A DNA stretch of 57,357 nt, filler included, from Sluysia triapertura (Eukaryota), in assembly GCA_046118255.1 (NCBI GenBank). It is 4 parts of 4 records of this genome, joined end to end, with 100 filler letters (N's around TTAATTAATTAA, not from the genome) between each part and the next. Parts side by side here need not be neighbours in the genome. Positions count along the whole stretch, not along the records: positions 25,939 to 46,383 come from JBJNIA010021069.1; positions 46,484 to 57,357 come from JBJNIA010192296.1; 2 more parts are not named here. One strand, given 5' to 3'. This document shows, piece after piece, positions 36,563 to 50,340 of this stretch. The notes below the pieces were generated by a model. The model made no database searches. It was given only the letters and a program-made list of their open reading frames with translations, and was not told the origin of the DNA. The number at the start of each line of letters is the position of its first letter. Within the stretch, counting starts at the first letter, position 1. The position numbers and the translations under genes were made by a program.

Positions 36563-38599
36563 CTGATATCGTTGATAATATTAAAAGATTCACAAGAAAC
36601 ATTTATTTGGTGCATTTTTCAAACCTGTAACACTCGATATAATACATACAACTCTTGATCTAAAATTGAGATAATGATGACGTATTTTAATTAAGAACAA
36701 TCTTGAAAAATAACTTCTTAAACATCTAATAAATCTTTTTTTAATATTCAAACAAATTACACAATGAAAATACGATCTGATTTTCACATACACTTACTAA
36801 TTTAAACAGTAAATAGATTAAAAAAGTATTAATGATATTAAAATGTAATTTGTACAAAAATAACAATAATGGTAATAATTATAAATAATAATATGAAAAA
36901 AAACAATAATTCTAATATTTATATCATTAATTGATATCCTGTAATACTATGTCAATATAATGATAATATTAATAAAACAAAAAGAAAAACATCGTCTAAT
37001 TTGAATTTATAAAAAGTTGATTCTCATGTTTTGTGATTCTTAATTATGTATCAGCAAATCGGTAGATACTTTTATACTTTTATTCAATCTGATGTCATTA
37101 TTTTGTAAATTTTATCAAAATCGACGTCTATGTCTTTTAGAGTAGAATCTAATGCATCATCCGCTATATCTTCATGTGGGCTTTTCAATGTCCATCATAA
37201 AATGCTGACATGGTTCTCGTACAGACTTCTGATGCTTCCTTTAATTCTCAGATGTAAAAAGTTCTGAAAGTATAAATGTATATCATCCTTTAGTCATACT
37301 ATTAGGGTCTTGCTCCTCCATTATGAATCTTTTGAAATTATAATGACTACTATTAATTTCATTTCACAATTTTCGAAAATAAACTTTCATATCTTTTGGT
37401 TTTCCTTTAAATTAGAGTTAAGTCCTGTTTTGTGATTTTGAAAAGATTCATTAGAAATTTCTTTTGTGCATTTATGATATTCTATGAAAAAGTTTTGATC
37501 CTTTCGTTAATAAATTCTGGATGTTTGTCTGATTGTGTCAAAAATCGATTAGCTGTATTATAATTAGCCAGTTTAGTATATGAATATATCAAGCACAATA
37601 AATTTTTTTATTTTATTGTTCGTGTGTGTTTCTACTTCGAAATTGCTTAAGCAGGGTATTGAAGGTGGCACAGATTTTAAAATTGTCGAACTTTTGATTA
37701 CATTATAGGTTTTGCAATCTTACACATTCTTAATGTTTCGATTCAACATTTCTTTCTTCAAGCATTTCTTTATACTCTTTCCTTATTTCCTTATACTCTT
37801 ATCGTTTACATAGAAATAGACATACATTGGATAAGGATAATTTTATAGAATTTTCGGCATTAAACGAAGTTTACTTAAACTTTTTGATGCAAGAATTAAT
37901 GAATTAACACGATGTTGCAGAACCTATCAGAAAGTTAAGAATGTTTTTGTCAATTTTAAACGCGGCCATTAAATAAAAAATCAATGTTTTCTTACGAATC
38001 CTTGACAGTATAACTTTTAAAACATATTAAAAAAAGAAAAACCTCAACTTTTAACATAAATCTTGTTTCAAAAAATTTGATATTGCAGTAGAATCCCTAG
38101 ATTCTTCGGGCTTCGCATGGTGTACTTTAAAATCCGGTTATTAACTGTTCATTATGATTAAACTACTTTTGTATCTTATATAAACCAGATACGAATAATT
38201 TAATTGTAATTCTTATCATGACATTCTTAATAATTATGCCTTTTGATTACGTCAAATTAGCATCACTTGATCATTACAAGAGTTTAAAATTAACAATTCA
38301 AAGTTTAAGGTTAAAAATTATTAGTTTATATAAACTCTAAGTTTAAATATATTAATGATTATGTTTACAAAGAATTTATTGAAAAGATTAAAAATACTGA
38401 TGGAGAGAATGAACTTGCTCAGGGCGATTCTTATCCGAGTGAATGGTCTGAGCAGAAGAAATAAGAAGAGGTCATCCGTGTGGAAGTTTCTAGTTATATC
38501 TAAAATAACAGTTTTGACGGCGTTATTGTTATCCAGGAATTGAAAAACTTTTCGGCTTCTAAAAAATCAAAAGTTATCACGGACAGTTATCACAAAAGT

Positions 38600-39900
38600 T
38601 ATCATGGTTAGGAAAAAATAAATACTATAGCATATTTTTGTTTTATGTTATACTGTTCTTTATTTTTTTAACGAACATGGAATTTTTTAAAACGTTGGTG
38701 TTCGTCATATACAAATCTTACTGTATTGGTATTTAATTATTGGTCGCTGATACCTGTTACTTTTCTTTGGTTTTCTTCAATCAACCAAACATTTAAAATC
38801 GATCTTATTTGTACACATATTGTAATCATAAGTTATATTTTGTTAGGTTTTGCCCCTTAAATACATTAAGATTTGAGGGATTATTAGATTTTTTGTAATT
38901 AACCCGTTGTAAGTTCAAATATTTTATATAACCAGTCTCTGTAATGAACTGCATAGTTGTGTTAAGAGAAACAATTATTTTGAATCGAGACCCATTACGT
39001 GGCCTGATTATATCGTCGAGTCCTTGTTTCCAAAAATCGCAATCTATAATCGTAATGCTCTTCGTTTTCAATAAATTGGTAGTATCGTTGAGAAGAAATG
39101 GTATGTTTATAAACAAGATTTCGTCAACATTTTTTTGTACTTATTTGCCAAACATTTAATTTATTTCTCAGTGATTCATCAATTTTGATCAGTACTATTC
39201 GTTCCAATAACTTAAAATGTCTTTAATGGTAATTCAAAATTATTTTTGGCGATCTTATTAGATAAAATTTCGAATAAATTTAAAGCCGTCTTAAGGCCTG
39301 TCATAACCTGTATTTCAACTTTTATTTTAGTAATTAAATCAAAATATTCATTAATTAAAACAAAATAAATAATAAATTCAATTTGATAACACATCTAACA
39401 TAAAAATGATTTAACAAATTTAGTTAAGAAATTCTTGATTTTTATTTCCAAGACTAAATTAGGTACAATAAACTTTAAGGATCTCAATGCATTCATTAAT
39501 TGATTGTACGGAAATTTTGCCATATCCGTCACTTCGATATTTGACTAATTGTTCTTCGATTAATATTTATGTAAATGACTATATTTTATTCTTTTTAACA
39601 TCTTTAATATCTTTATCGTCTTCGATTGTATAACTTGTGTTTTATTTTGATTTCTTCAGTAGGTGTAACAATGAGTTTAGCAGCTATCTTTTGTGTCATT
39701 TCTCATCAACAATATTGATTTAAGTATTTAATTTAAATCAATTTAATTTAATTTAATTTAATATTTAAGTATTTAAGCATTCCATCGTTAAATTTTTTCA
39801 TTTAATTTAGCCTTTTCTTTTAGAGCTAACAACTTTTCTGAATTTTTGTCATGAATAAGGAGGATCACAAAATCTGATTTTTTGAGACATGGTATAATTC
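38600..39900 (-). pseudogene. Decayed ORF of unknown family
   Basis: ORFs 39212-39394 and 38826-39116 plus readable intervening peptide; several stops. Confidence 0.3.
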
Positions 39901-42900
39901 ATAGCTTTAAATTTATAAAAATTTTGACATTTTCTTTTAATCTTAAAATTTAGCACCCATTTTTAAGTAATATTAATTTATCGTATATTTAGTTTTATAC
40001 TTTTTATTAAATTTTAAACTGTATTTATACAAAATGTAGTGATTATTTCAAAAGCTTATAGATTATACAAGAGTAACCCAAATATAAAAATTAATTTTAT
40101 CGTACTTTTAAGTCTTGATAAGCAAAGTTGTACAACTTTACATAAAGCAAAATCAAACGTTACCTCTATTTATTTAAAAATATTTTTTTGAAGTTTTCAT
40201 TGTTCCATTAGCAAACGTATTAATAATTTGAAGTCCAATCAAAAATTTTTTAATGATTTGTTATTTTATTGTAATTCGACTATTTAGAATTCTTTCTGAC
40301 GATGATTATGTTTTATTATGTTTTATGTTATATATTAAATTTTAACTTTTAATATATATAATTGAATATTCATTCTGTCTTAAAGCGATTATTACTTTTA
40401 TAATAAAAACTGCCGAGTTTTAATTATTTAGCAGCGCCAAAAAGTTTGGTATTCTAATATTGACGTTATGTTCTCGTCATAAATAAGATTTTTTAATTAT
40501 TTTATCTACTTGTATAATTGTTTGAAACAGAAGCTATAAGAAACACTATTTTGTATAAAGTAACAGCTTCACCGAATTTGGATTTTTTTGATAGGACTCT
40601 TTAATTAAGATATGAACTTTAACATTGGGTGTAACGATAATACTAATGACAGTTGTGATAATACAATAAAAACAATAAAGATTATAAATAATAAGGATAA
40701 AAATTAATATTAATAGAAATAATAAAATATAAAATAATAAAATGAAAATAAAAAAATGGCAAAACAGAAGAACAGAGAGAAACAACCCTAATACGATAAC
40801 AATTTTGCACACAATAATAATGACAATGTGAAAACTGTAAGTGTTAATGATTTATAAAATAGTTTCTGGTGATGTTGGTGACTTAAGATTTTATGATTTA
40901 TTGTTTTAAGGGTTAGTAACACTGTGACGATTGATGAAATGTTATGTGATTAAATGTGTTCAAAATGAGGTTTCGTATATGCATATAGTGTTTATAATAT
41001 AATATAATCGTAGCTAAATGGTTGAACCCCCACAGTTTATCATATTCATAATGAAGACAATTTCTAACTGGTGGTTTAGAATAGAAGGAATTCATATTTG
41101 TATCATGATTTCGATCTCAGTAACACTAAAGCTTTGATTAAATTGATTGTCTCCGAGAATTGTTGGAATATCTTATATCATAATTACGAGATTTTTATCA
41201 ATAGTATAATGGTAATAATACTAAAATATTAATATTTATTATTCTTATTATTCATAATATTTCTTTTAATTCAAGTATTTCTACAGATTCAGAAATCACA
41301 TTAGTTTTAGTAGTAGGCTAATTTCAGTTTGTTGTTGGATATATTTCTCTGGAAAATTATTAATGAAATATTTCCAGGAACGTCGTTCTTCATGAGTAGT
41401 AATAGAATAAATTCATCGATTTGCGGAATTTCTTTCACATTGTTTTCATCCATGACACGACCTTTGTTGACGTTGTGTAAATAATGTTCCATCTAATTTT
41501 TTTGAGTTGGAAATTTTAGTACCAAACAAATATTCAATCAAATCTCTTAATGCTACACCATTTCTTATTTATAAGTCATTTAATGAAAGTATTTGATATG
41601 ATTTAGTGGCAAGTTGTAATGTTTTATTAACCCAATTTCATATTTATCAATGTCTTTATTCATAACCAACTGAGTTTAAGGTCTTATAACTTGGATTGTA
41701 AGTTCATTAATAACAAAATGGAAAAAATTAGTAAGGTAAAAGGAATACTCAATAAACGGAATACGAATAAAATAATAGAAGAGAGTAGCAGAATAACAAG
41801 AGAAGGAGAAAAATGAATAATAAATTAACAATATAGTAATGCAATAACAATATGATAACAGTAGTATTAGATGTTAATGTAAGTATTGTTATCAATATTA
41901 TGGTTGTAAAAATGTGTTTGATTTATAGTTGCTGTATTGTGTCAAGTGTTTTTGTTTTTTGTGCGTTATTTTAATTTTTATTCGCTGTGCCATATTCGGT
42001 TGAAGTTTGTATATAATTTTGTTTTTGAAAGTTGTGTTTGGTCTTGAGCTCACCATAGAAAGGTTAATATTCTTATTCAAATTATTTTTGTAAATTTTTT
42101 AAATTTTTTATTAGTACAAAAACTAGTATTAAAATCATTCTATAATTTTGATTTTAAGAGCAATCATAATAATTAATAATTGATTTTACGTATTTTTTAT
42201 ATTTCTATATATGCAGGTACCTTTTGTTGTATCTTTTAAGTAAAATTGTACTTATAATAAATTTACTCCTTGATTTTGCCTGATTGAAGATTAGAAACGT
42301 CGTGAAGAAATATGAGAATCAAGAGATACAAGAGTTACTTAGGTGTAAGGAAATTGTTAAAGTAGCTGTAGATTTTTGGGAGTTAAATTTTGTAATTAAG
42401 AACTTTAAAAAGTTAATTCTAAGTTACCCTCAATATTCACTAGTAGTTAAAATATTCTTACAAGTAATATAAATGCATCAAAATCCTTCAACGCCTTCGT
42501 GGATTTTAATCGTTGATTTTGGGAATCTTATTATTACTTCGTAAGGTAGTTTTTAAAAGAAGAAAACACTTACACTTTACATTTAAGTACATTAAATTTT
42601 ATGAAAATGAATTAACAATTATGTTTAGATAAAGTAAAAAGATTCTCTTGAATTTAAATTATTTTATTTAAATAATTTGCATAATTGTTTTTTTAATTAA
42701 GGTCAAACTCTAAAACAACAATTATAATATTTAAGTATTACGATTATTTAGGTAAACTTTGTCCGCTATTATTTGCGTTAATATTGTTCGAAATTTATTC
42801 GTAAAATTACTTTAAATTACTAATTCGTTACTTCTAAATCTTAACTTCTTAATTTCAATTCTTTTATTAAGAATCGGAAGATCATAGTTTTACTCGTCTC

Positions 42901-44189
42901 GGATATAAGATATGTAATATTTTAATGTATTTAATTTCAAATGTTATTGTTGCTTATTACTTCTTATTTAATTACATTACTTCTTATTCAATTACAAAAT
43001 TAATCTATAACAATATAGTAAACAAAATTCTAAATTTAAATTGCACAAACCTAAAGCATTCTACAACTTCCCTTACACTCAATATTTCAATATGTAATTG
43101 TAATATAACTTTAAATTTGATAACAACAATAGTGTAATAATGAAATCGCACATAGATTTCCGAACAAAATTATAACTTATCTTCCTTTATTACAATATGG
43201 ATGTTTATGGATGTTTTACTTAATCCTTTTTTTGTGATGATTGTAAAAATTTAATATTATATTCAACGCACTGAATGTAACAATTGTCATGACTATAATT
43301 CATATAACAATCTACATAACAATAAAATTTTTTATTACCTTTTAAATAAAAATAAATTTTGTGTATACTAAAAAATTAACTATAAAGATTTTGTATTTTT
43401 ATATTTTATTAACGATAATAAAAAACGATATATTATGATTTTCTTTCGGTCTTGAGTTTGAAATAGAGTATATATGTTAAAATCTTTTACATAATCACTC
43501 ACAAGAAAAATATCTTTAAGTCAACTTCCCAGATTTTCGTTCCTGTTAATTAGCTTTTTAGAATTGGCGTCGAAGTGTTAGAAAAGGATAGATCAATTCT
43601 TATTTTACGATAAAACAAAAGACGATTCTTACATGTTGGATTCGGACAACGATCAAAGAGTAGAGATTTTCAAATTCTAATTTTTCCATGATAATAAGTA
43701 AGTTTGTTCTGTGTAAATTTTTCATCCTTCTTTAAATACACTTTAATTACACTTTAAAATACACTTTAATTACATAAATGTTATGGCTATTTAAAGCGAA
43801 TCTCAAAATTTTGTTTAAAATTAAAAGCTCTATTAGGTTACAAAACCTAATATATATTTGCAACAAACACCTTTCTATTTATTTGTACTTCATTTTCAAA
43901 ATCGATCTGTATTTGTCAGCTAAGACAGGCTTAGCTTTAAAATATTTATTTATATCCTTTTTATGCATAATTATTTTGTGTAATTGGTATTGTAAGTGGT
44001 GGATAATTTTAGTGATATACCTTTGTATAGTTTGTTATCTGTTTGAATTTTTCGCTTAATCATAGATACGTCAAATACCTTTCTCATAAAACGTATACTA
44101 TAGGACAATTAGCTTTTCCTTTTTGCTCGTGAGTTAAGGAAGCACAATGATTTTTCGTGTGAAACGCTCTATCTATAGAGGAAGTCATA

Positions 44190-44740
44190 AAATAACATAC
44201 CTCAGGATCATCAACTATTAATATAAATCTATTATTTTCGTTACAAATAACCAGTTGTAGCAACAGAATTTTTTATAAGTCAATTGGAACTTATCAAATG
44301 AATATAATTATAATAGATCCAGATTTAACTATAACACCAAGTACTTCATTAGCAACTATGACTACAACTATCAAAACCAAGAAATACTCGACTAGATTTG
44401 TAGCCAATAAAATTTCAAAACTGAAAAGTAAATCATCGATACATGTTTTCAAAAAAATAATAAAGCCAAGCATTTTATGAAGTCTAGATTTAAAAGTAGT
44501 TAATTCTAATTTAATAAAATATTCCAATAAGTTACAAAAATTTATATTATTGATTAAAAGAGATACCAGATACCCAATTATTGTGGTTAGGATTTTTAAT
44601 TTATAAAATTTAGATATATAAAACTGAAAAATTGGTTACCGAGTGGTATTTGGGAAAAGTTTGGACAAGTGAAATATCTTGAAGAGAAAAACACGACTTT
44701 CATTAATCTAAATTATTCTGTTCTATTCTTATATTATGAA
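44190..44740 (+). mobile_element. Possible LINE apurinic-endonuclease relic
   Basis: YPIIVVRIFNL resembles PIIxxGDFNL, and STININ and DPDLTIT resemble APE N-terminal motifs; very decayed. Confidence 0.35.
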
Positions 44741-45599
44741 TTACATTGATCGAAAAAATTTTAATTATATTAATATATGGAAATAAATGAGGTTTCCTAA
44801 GGATACATAAATACTTTATCGAAACTTGAACTTTATCATTTGTTGCGTCAACATTTACTTGGGCAGATTTAACCCTAAGGAAAAAAATAGCATCATGTAA
44901 AATTTATCATAAAATGAACATCTAATAAAAATTGAGCTTATGAAAACCTAAAATTATATCGAAAGTACGTACTTTCTCGAACAGGTAATCATTGTAGACC
45001 AAAACAACGATTATACATGATTAACTCCGGAATACGTGTTTTTATTACTTAGTTGATTTGACATGATTAACAGGTTTTACTAAAATATTTAACTTTTCTC
45101 TTTCAAAATTTTCATGAACATTATTTAAAATAAAGTCATTAATTAGCAAGCTGTTACAATCATAAAGTCTATAAAATTTAACTTCTTGTACATGCTCACT
45201 AAAATATCCTTTTTTAAAATTAAAAGATAAAACTGTCCTATAGCATACAACTGCAATACCCGATATACTTGAAAATGAAAACATTAAACAATATGAGCGT
45301 TAATTTTCTTATAATATCCGGAAGTGAGTTGTTCTAATAATGTTTGAAAACCAGAAGCCATAACACCATCAAAGTTCAAAAGAACACGAACAACTTTTAG
45401 TCCATTCGCGATCCGTTGAGATGAATTTTCCATAAGCTACGTTACGGGTTAATTTATGGTCGAACTCGAATATGTACTTTCAAAATGACGTATTCAAAAA
45501 TTGCTCCTTCATTATCACAATTATTTCTAAGATTTTAAAGTAATTTGATTTTTCGATTTAAACGCTGTTAAATCGAAACGGGCATGGAAAAAAACATTC

Positions 45600-45847
45600 A
45601 AATAAGGTTGGGTGTTATGTAGTTAATGTTATTTAAAATTGAATGTAGTTTTGAAGTATTTGTTGTGTGAAAGGTATACGCGTAAGAGTGTTTCAATCAG
45701 AGTGGTGTAAGTTTTTAGGTTTGTTGTTTTGACAATGGTGGAATGCTTATTATATTTAGTAATGGATTTTACATATAGAAAGTATCTTGCCGGAAGTTTA
45801 GTGAATTTTAGATAGTAAAATTTGAATTACATGTCTGGTTACCAACA
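45600..45847 (-). mobile_element. LTR-like repeat 5' fragment, copy E
   Basis: Reverse complement begins TGTTGGTAACCA and contains TCTTACGC..TCACA..AATA.TTCAAA.CTAC.TTCAA as in copy A 1704-1746. Confidence 0.45.
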
Positions 45848-46383
45848 CTATCAACCAAATACTTGATCAGTTCAGTTTACTATTAAGTCGACTTATTCAT
45901 TTATCAATTTTTGCATTATACAATGAGATGGTCCAGTATTGCAGAAATACGATTGCAGTTAAATTTTGCCAAATATTAACAAGAAGGTATTACAAGTTAT
46001 GATTTTATGGCTCATAAATTAATATTAATAAATTTCCGTTAATAAGTCCCTCCAGGCCTGGAAAAATTACAAAATTATAAAAATTTTGGCATAATATTAA
46101 ATTAAAAATTATATATATTTTGATTCCATTAATAATTTGAAGTACTAATCAGTGATGTCAAAATCATGTAAAACCACAAGATTATTTCCGGATAATTCGT
46201 GTTGCAAAATATTAGAACTTGTTAAATGTGGTTTCTGTGAAGTGTTAAATTATATTAATTCTAAAACGGATCGTTTGTATTGTAAAACGAGTTTATGGAG
46301 GGTATGGATAAATTAAATTTTAAATTAATAAGATTTAATATTATGTTGTCGTTATCAAAACACATTTCGTGATGCGACAGTTT

Positions 46384-46483
46384 NNNNNNNNNNNNNNNNN
46401 NNNNNNNNNNNNNNNNNNNNNNNNNNNTTAATTAATTAANNNNNNNNNNNNNNNNNNNNNNNNNNNNNNNNNNNNNNNNNNNN
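46384..46483. other. Artificial contig spacer N44-TTAATTAATTAA-N44
   Basis: Same structure as the other two spacers. Confidence 0.98.
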
Positions 46484-46548
<65 letters not shown>

Positions 46549-46557
46549 GTAATAATG
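46484..46557. repeat. (AAT)n microsatellite at contig start
   Basis: More than 20 consecutive TAA units. Confidence 0.97.
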
Positions 46558-47204
46558 AAAATGAAAATAATAATAATATAATGGTAATTAATAAAATAAA
46601 ATAGTATTACAATAATATATTAAAATTTTTTTTTGGAAATATAAATAAAGTTTTGTTTTATTTTTGTATTTTTGATATATTTTGTTTTCGTTTTACTTAT
46701 AAAATGATATTTTATTTTTTTCGAAATATATCTAATTATATTTTAATCATAGTAAATTAAAGAAATAAAATAACAACATACGAACATAATAAATTTTGAC
46801 AGATTGTAGTATTTCTCAAAAAATATTTCCTTTTAAAATCCTTATAATTTGTCAACAATTTTGTTTTTAATATATTTTTAAATTTTGCAATATATTGATA
46901 TTGTTTTGTCTTAAGCACCAATGACTAGAAAATTAGAAGAAATGTTTTAGTATTTGTTTTAATATTTACTTTAGTTTAACTTAATCAAATTGCACTCAAT
47001 TAAGTGTGTTAAGGACAATGTTATTGATTGATTTAAATTGTACTAATTATTATTGAATTAAATTTCTAAGCCATTTCACAAAACAATATTTATTTAACTG
47101 ATCATCTCTTCAACGATTTATATTTCATTTTTCCATCGTAAGTAGTTTAATTTATGTAATATTCGACTTGTTTAACAGATAATTTTAAAATCGTCACGAA
47201 ATAT

Positions 47205-48498
47205 GAGGGTTTTCATGTAATTTAATCATCTTGTCAGATAATTAAGCATTTTGTCATATAACTTAATCTTTTTATAATTAATTAGAATAATTTGATTATA
47301 ATTGTTGTCTGTTATGTCTAACTAACTTTACATATTATTGTGTTTACATACATACAATTTTATTGATTTATTCGTTTATAATTAATTGATTTGTCAAAAC
47401 TTATTTGTTGGATATTGGATTAATTATTTGTCATTAAATTATGTAAGTATTTAATATATTTTAAATTAACATTTCGTTTAATTAAATAATTAAGAAAATT
47501 AAAATCTATTTTATTAACAATTCGCTTAATTAAATTAAAATTTGTTTAAATTAAAAAATTTTCTAGCTCAGTTAAAATCTACATAAATAATAGCGTACTT
47601 CAACATGTTTCACACAATTTTTATTTTTAAATTCTCGTCTGCCATTCTCAGAAGATAATCTTAATTTTTTAACTGTCCTTCGTTAGTTTATTTGTTTATG
47701 AGTTTTTAATACTTTTAGTAGTATTATACTTCAACTCATTTTTAAGATATATTAGAACCTTTTCGCGGTTCAATCGTAAAATCAATTTTTACATTAACGC
47801 AACATTTTATTAACTCGAGTAAAGTTAGTATAGTAATTTATCATAAATTATTATTTATTCCTTATTGACTCTTTAAATTAATACACTTTATTAAATTATT
47901 TTTCTTTTGAATTGGATAATAATAGTTGAAAGATTCATTTAGTGAATTATCGCAAATTACACAGTTTTAAAATAATAAATTATTCAGTGAATAAAAGTTT
48001 TCTCCGAATTTCTTTCGGATACACAAAATATACATTCGATACAAATCCTTTTTTAAAGGATTTATTGTAAACTAATAATTAACTTTCCTAAGAAAACTTA
48101 TTGTCTTAATGCTTTTGTAATAAGATAAATTGTAAATAAAATTTCTAACTTCCATGCAAAGCTTTTTCATTTAGTAATCCAATGGCCAGCCCTCATTGGT
48201 AAGCTTAGTACGTTGGTGAACTCACTCTAGTTACTTGTAAGCCTAAGTAAGAAAAATACTAGCAGAATAAACTTTTATTGGTCAGTATCGTAGATAAACT
48301 TATTAAACCATATCTCACATAATGCTTACATATTATTCAATAAAATACAAAACTCCAAAATAAGTGAAAATTCGTACTTTATTAAAATGAATATTAAAAT
48401 TAAAATGAATATTTTTTTGGATTCAATAAATTTATTAATTGTTTTAATATAATGCTTAAATTATTAGACAAAAGGATTAAATTATATGAAAAACCCTG
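47205..48498. mobile_element. Non-autonomous DNA transposon with ~48-bp TIRs (Tc1/mariner-like ends)
   Basis: Left end GAGGGTTTTCATGTAATTTAATCATCTTGTCAGATAATTAAGCATT versus right-end reverse complement CAGGGTTTTTCATATAATTTAATCCTTTTGTCTAATAATTTAAGCATT; the right end is followed by TA. Confidence 0.75.
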
Positions 48499-50045
48499 TA
48501 TTTTAGTTTCTAACTTTAATTAAGTGTACTCAATTAAGTGCACTCAATTAAATGTATTTTAAGACGATATTATTGAATGAATTAAATTACACTAATTATT
48601 ATTGAATTAAATTAAACAATCGCGGAACTCGGACTTATAATTTTAAACTATTATCGTACAATTACTGAATTTTCAATCTTATTCGATAATATTTACCTTA
48701 CTAAAAATTTCTTTGTAATAAGTATTTTCAAACATAATTAAAACTTTTTAAAGGTTTTAAATTTTTATTAAATAATTTTTAGGTTCATTTTAGGTTTTAT
48801 TTTATCATTCAAATTACTGGATTTTACACGATTAATTTAATTTTTAGTTAATATTTCATTATTTTATTAACAATTACTTTGTAGTTTTGTGGGGGCTTGT
48901 GTTTTTTACTCGTTAGCATTCGTCTTTTTTATTGCTGGGATGCTTCCGTTCAGTTTTTTTTTACTGAGTAGTTCTATTTTACTTTAAGTTAGAAAGAGTA
49001 AAAATTATTCCTTATTTATTTTATGAATTTATAAACTTTATCGTTGAAAGTAATCTTTTAAGTTTTTGAAGTTTTAAGAAAATTGTTTTAAATGTTGTAT
49101 TTTTGAAATTTTTTGTTTTAAATTAATATTCTTCCACAATTGTATTTTAATTTTCTATTTAAATCAATAATTACTTATTATTGTTTTTTTAATGATTGCT
49201 AATTATTGATCTTTTCTATTAAATGTAAGTCTTGTATTTTCATTTTTTAATTTTACATAGAAATTATTAATTATTGGACTTTTGATCTTAATGGTAATCT
49301 AGATATTTGCAATTATATATATACTAATCAAAAAAACTAAAAAACAATTAATATTTTCTTAAAATTACGAAAATTGATACTAATATATATCATTTATAAA
49401 TAATTTTATAATAAATGCAACTTCTAATTCATAGCTTACTAGTTGCATACATTTCTTTTTCTTTATTTATTAATAATATAAAGCATTTATCATTGATCTA
49501 CATTCAGTGTCATTCGCATTTTTGTGAATTTTCTTAATTAAAATTAAATAATAAAATACATTTCGATAATCTAGATATAATTATATAACTTTTCATAATA
49601 AAAACGATTAATTTTTTCATTAATATGCTTAATGAATGTAGCACATAAATAATATTTAATTGCATATTTTCCTAATTGATTTAAAGTTATGATACAAATT
49701 TATTTTTTAGTTTTATTTTGTGTTTCTTTAATATTATAAATTCAATTTTGAAATAATAAAATAGAATAAATAATTATTTTCCGTTTTTTATGAGACAGTA
49801 GGCAAAACTTGATAAAGAAACAATGATAGTTGGATGGAAATTAAAAGAATGCAATGTTTTGTTATAAATCATTGATTTTATTTTTATTAAGCTTGATTTG
49901 CATTCAGAATTATTTATTAATGTATGCTTATTGAAATTATTTTTTAAAAATAAACTATAAAACTATTTTTATTTTAAATAATTATAATTAAATTATTAAT
50001 ATTTTAATTAAAATTATAAATAATCTAAAAATTAAATTTTATATA

Positions 50046-50340
50046 GGATTATGCAATGATAAATACAAAATTATTCAAATTTTAGATAATTGTAAGTTCC
50101 ACAAAAGAACTAATGTAATTACTCTAATGGTGGAAAATCACATTAATCACAGATTTCTTCCACTTTACTCACCTCAATTAAATACAATTGAGGAATATTT
50201 TAGTTTTTATGTCCAAATTAGCCTCTTCGAAATATCAATTTAGCGCAAGGATTTTGGAAATTCATAATGAAGAGTTTATTTATTTTTCAGGATGGTTTAA
50301 TGACATGAGAAAAGCACTTACTAGACAAGAATTTAAGTGC
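50046..50340 (+). mobile_element. Tc1/IS630 DD34E transposase C-terminal relic
   Basis: ILDNCKFHKRTNVITLMVENHINHRFLPLYSPQLNTIEEYFS, with D at 50085 and E at 50190 and 34 residues between; GWFNDMRKALTRQEF follows downstream. Confidence 0.9.

Noticed and set aside
39000-39060. Papain-like IIDCD motif
   Set aside because: No QxxCGSCW or GCxGG context.
40546-40812. Hydrophobic membrane-protein-like short ORFs (also 1946-2179, 43778-44059, 53809-54036)
   Set aside because: I/L/F richness is explained by T-rich low-complexity DNA.
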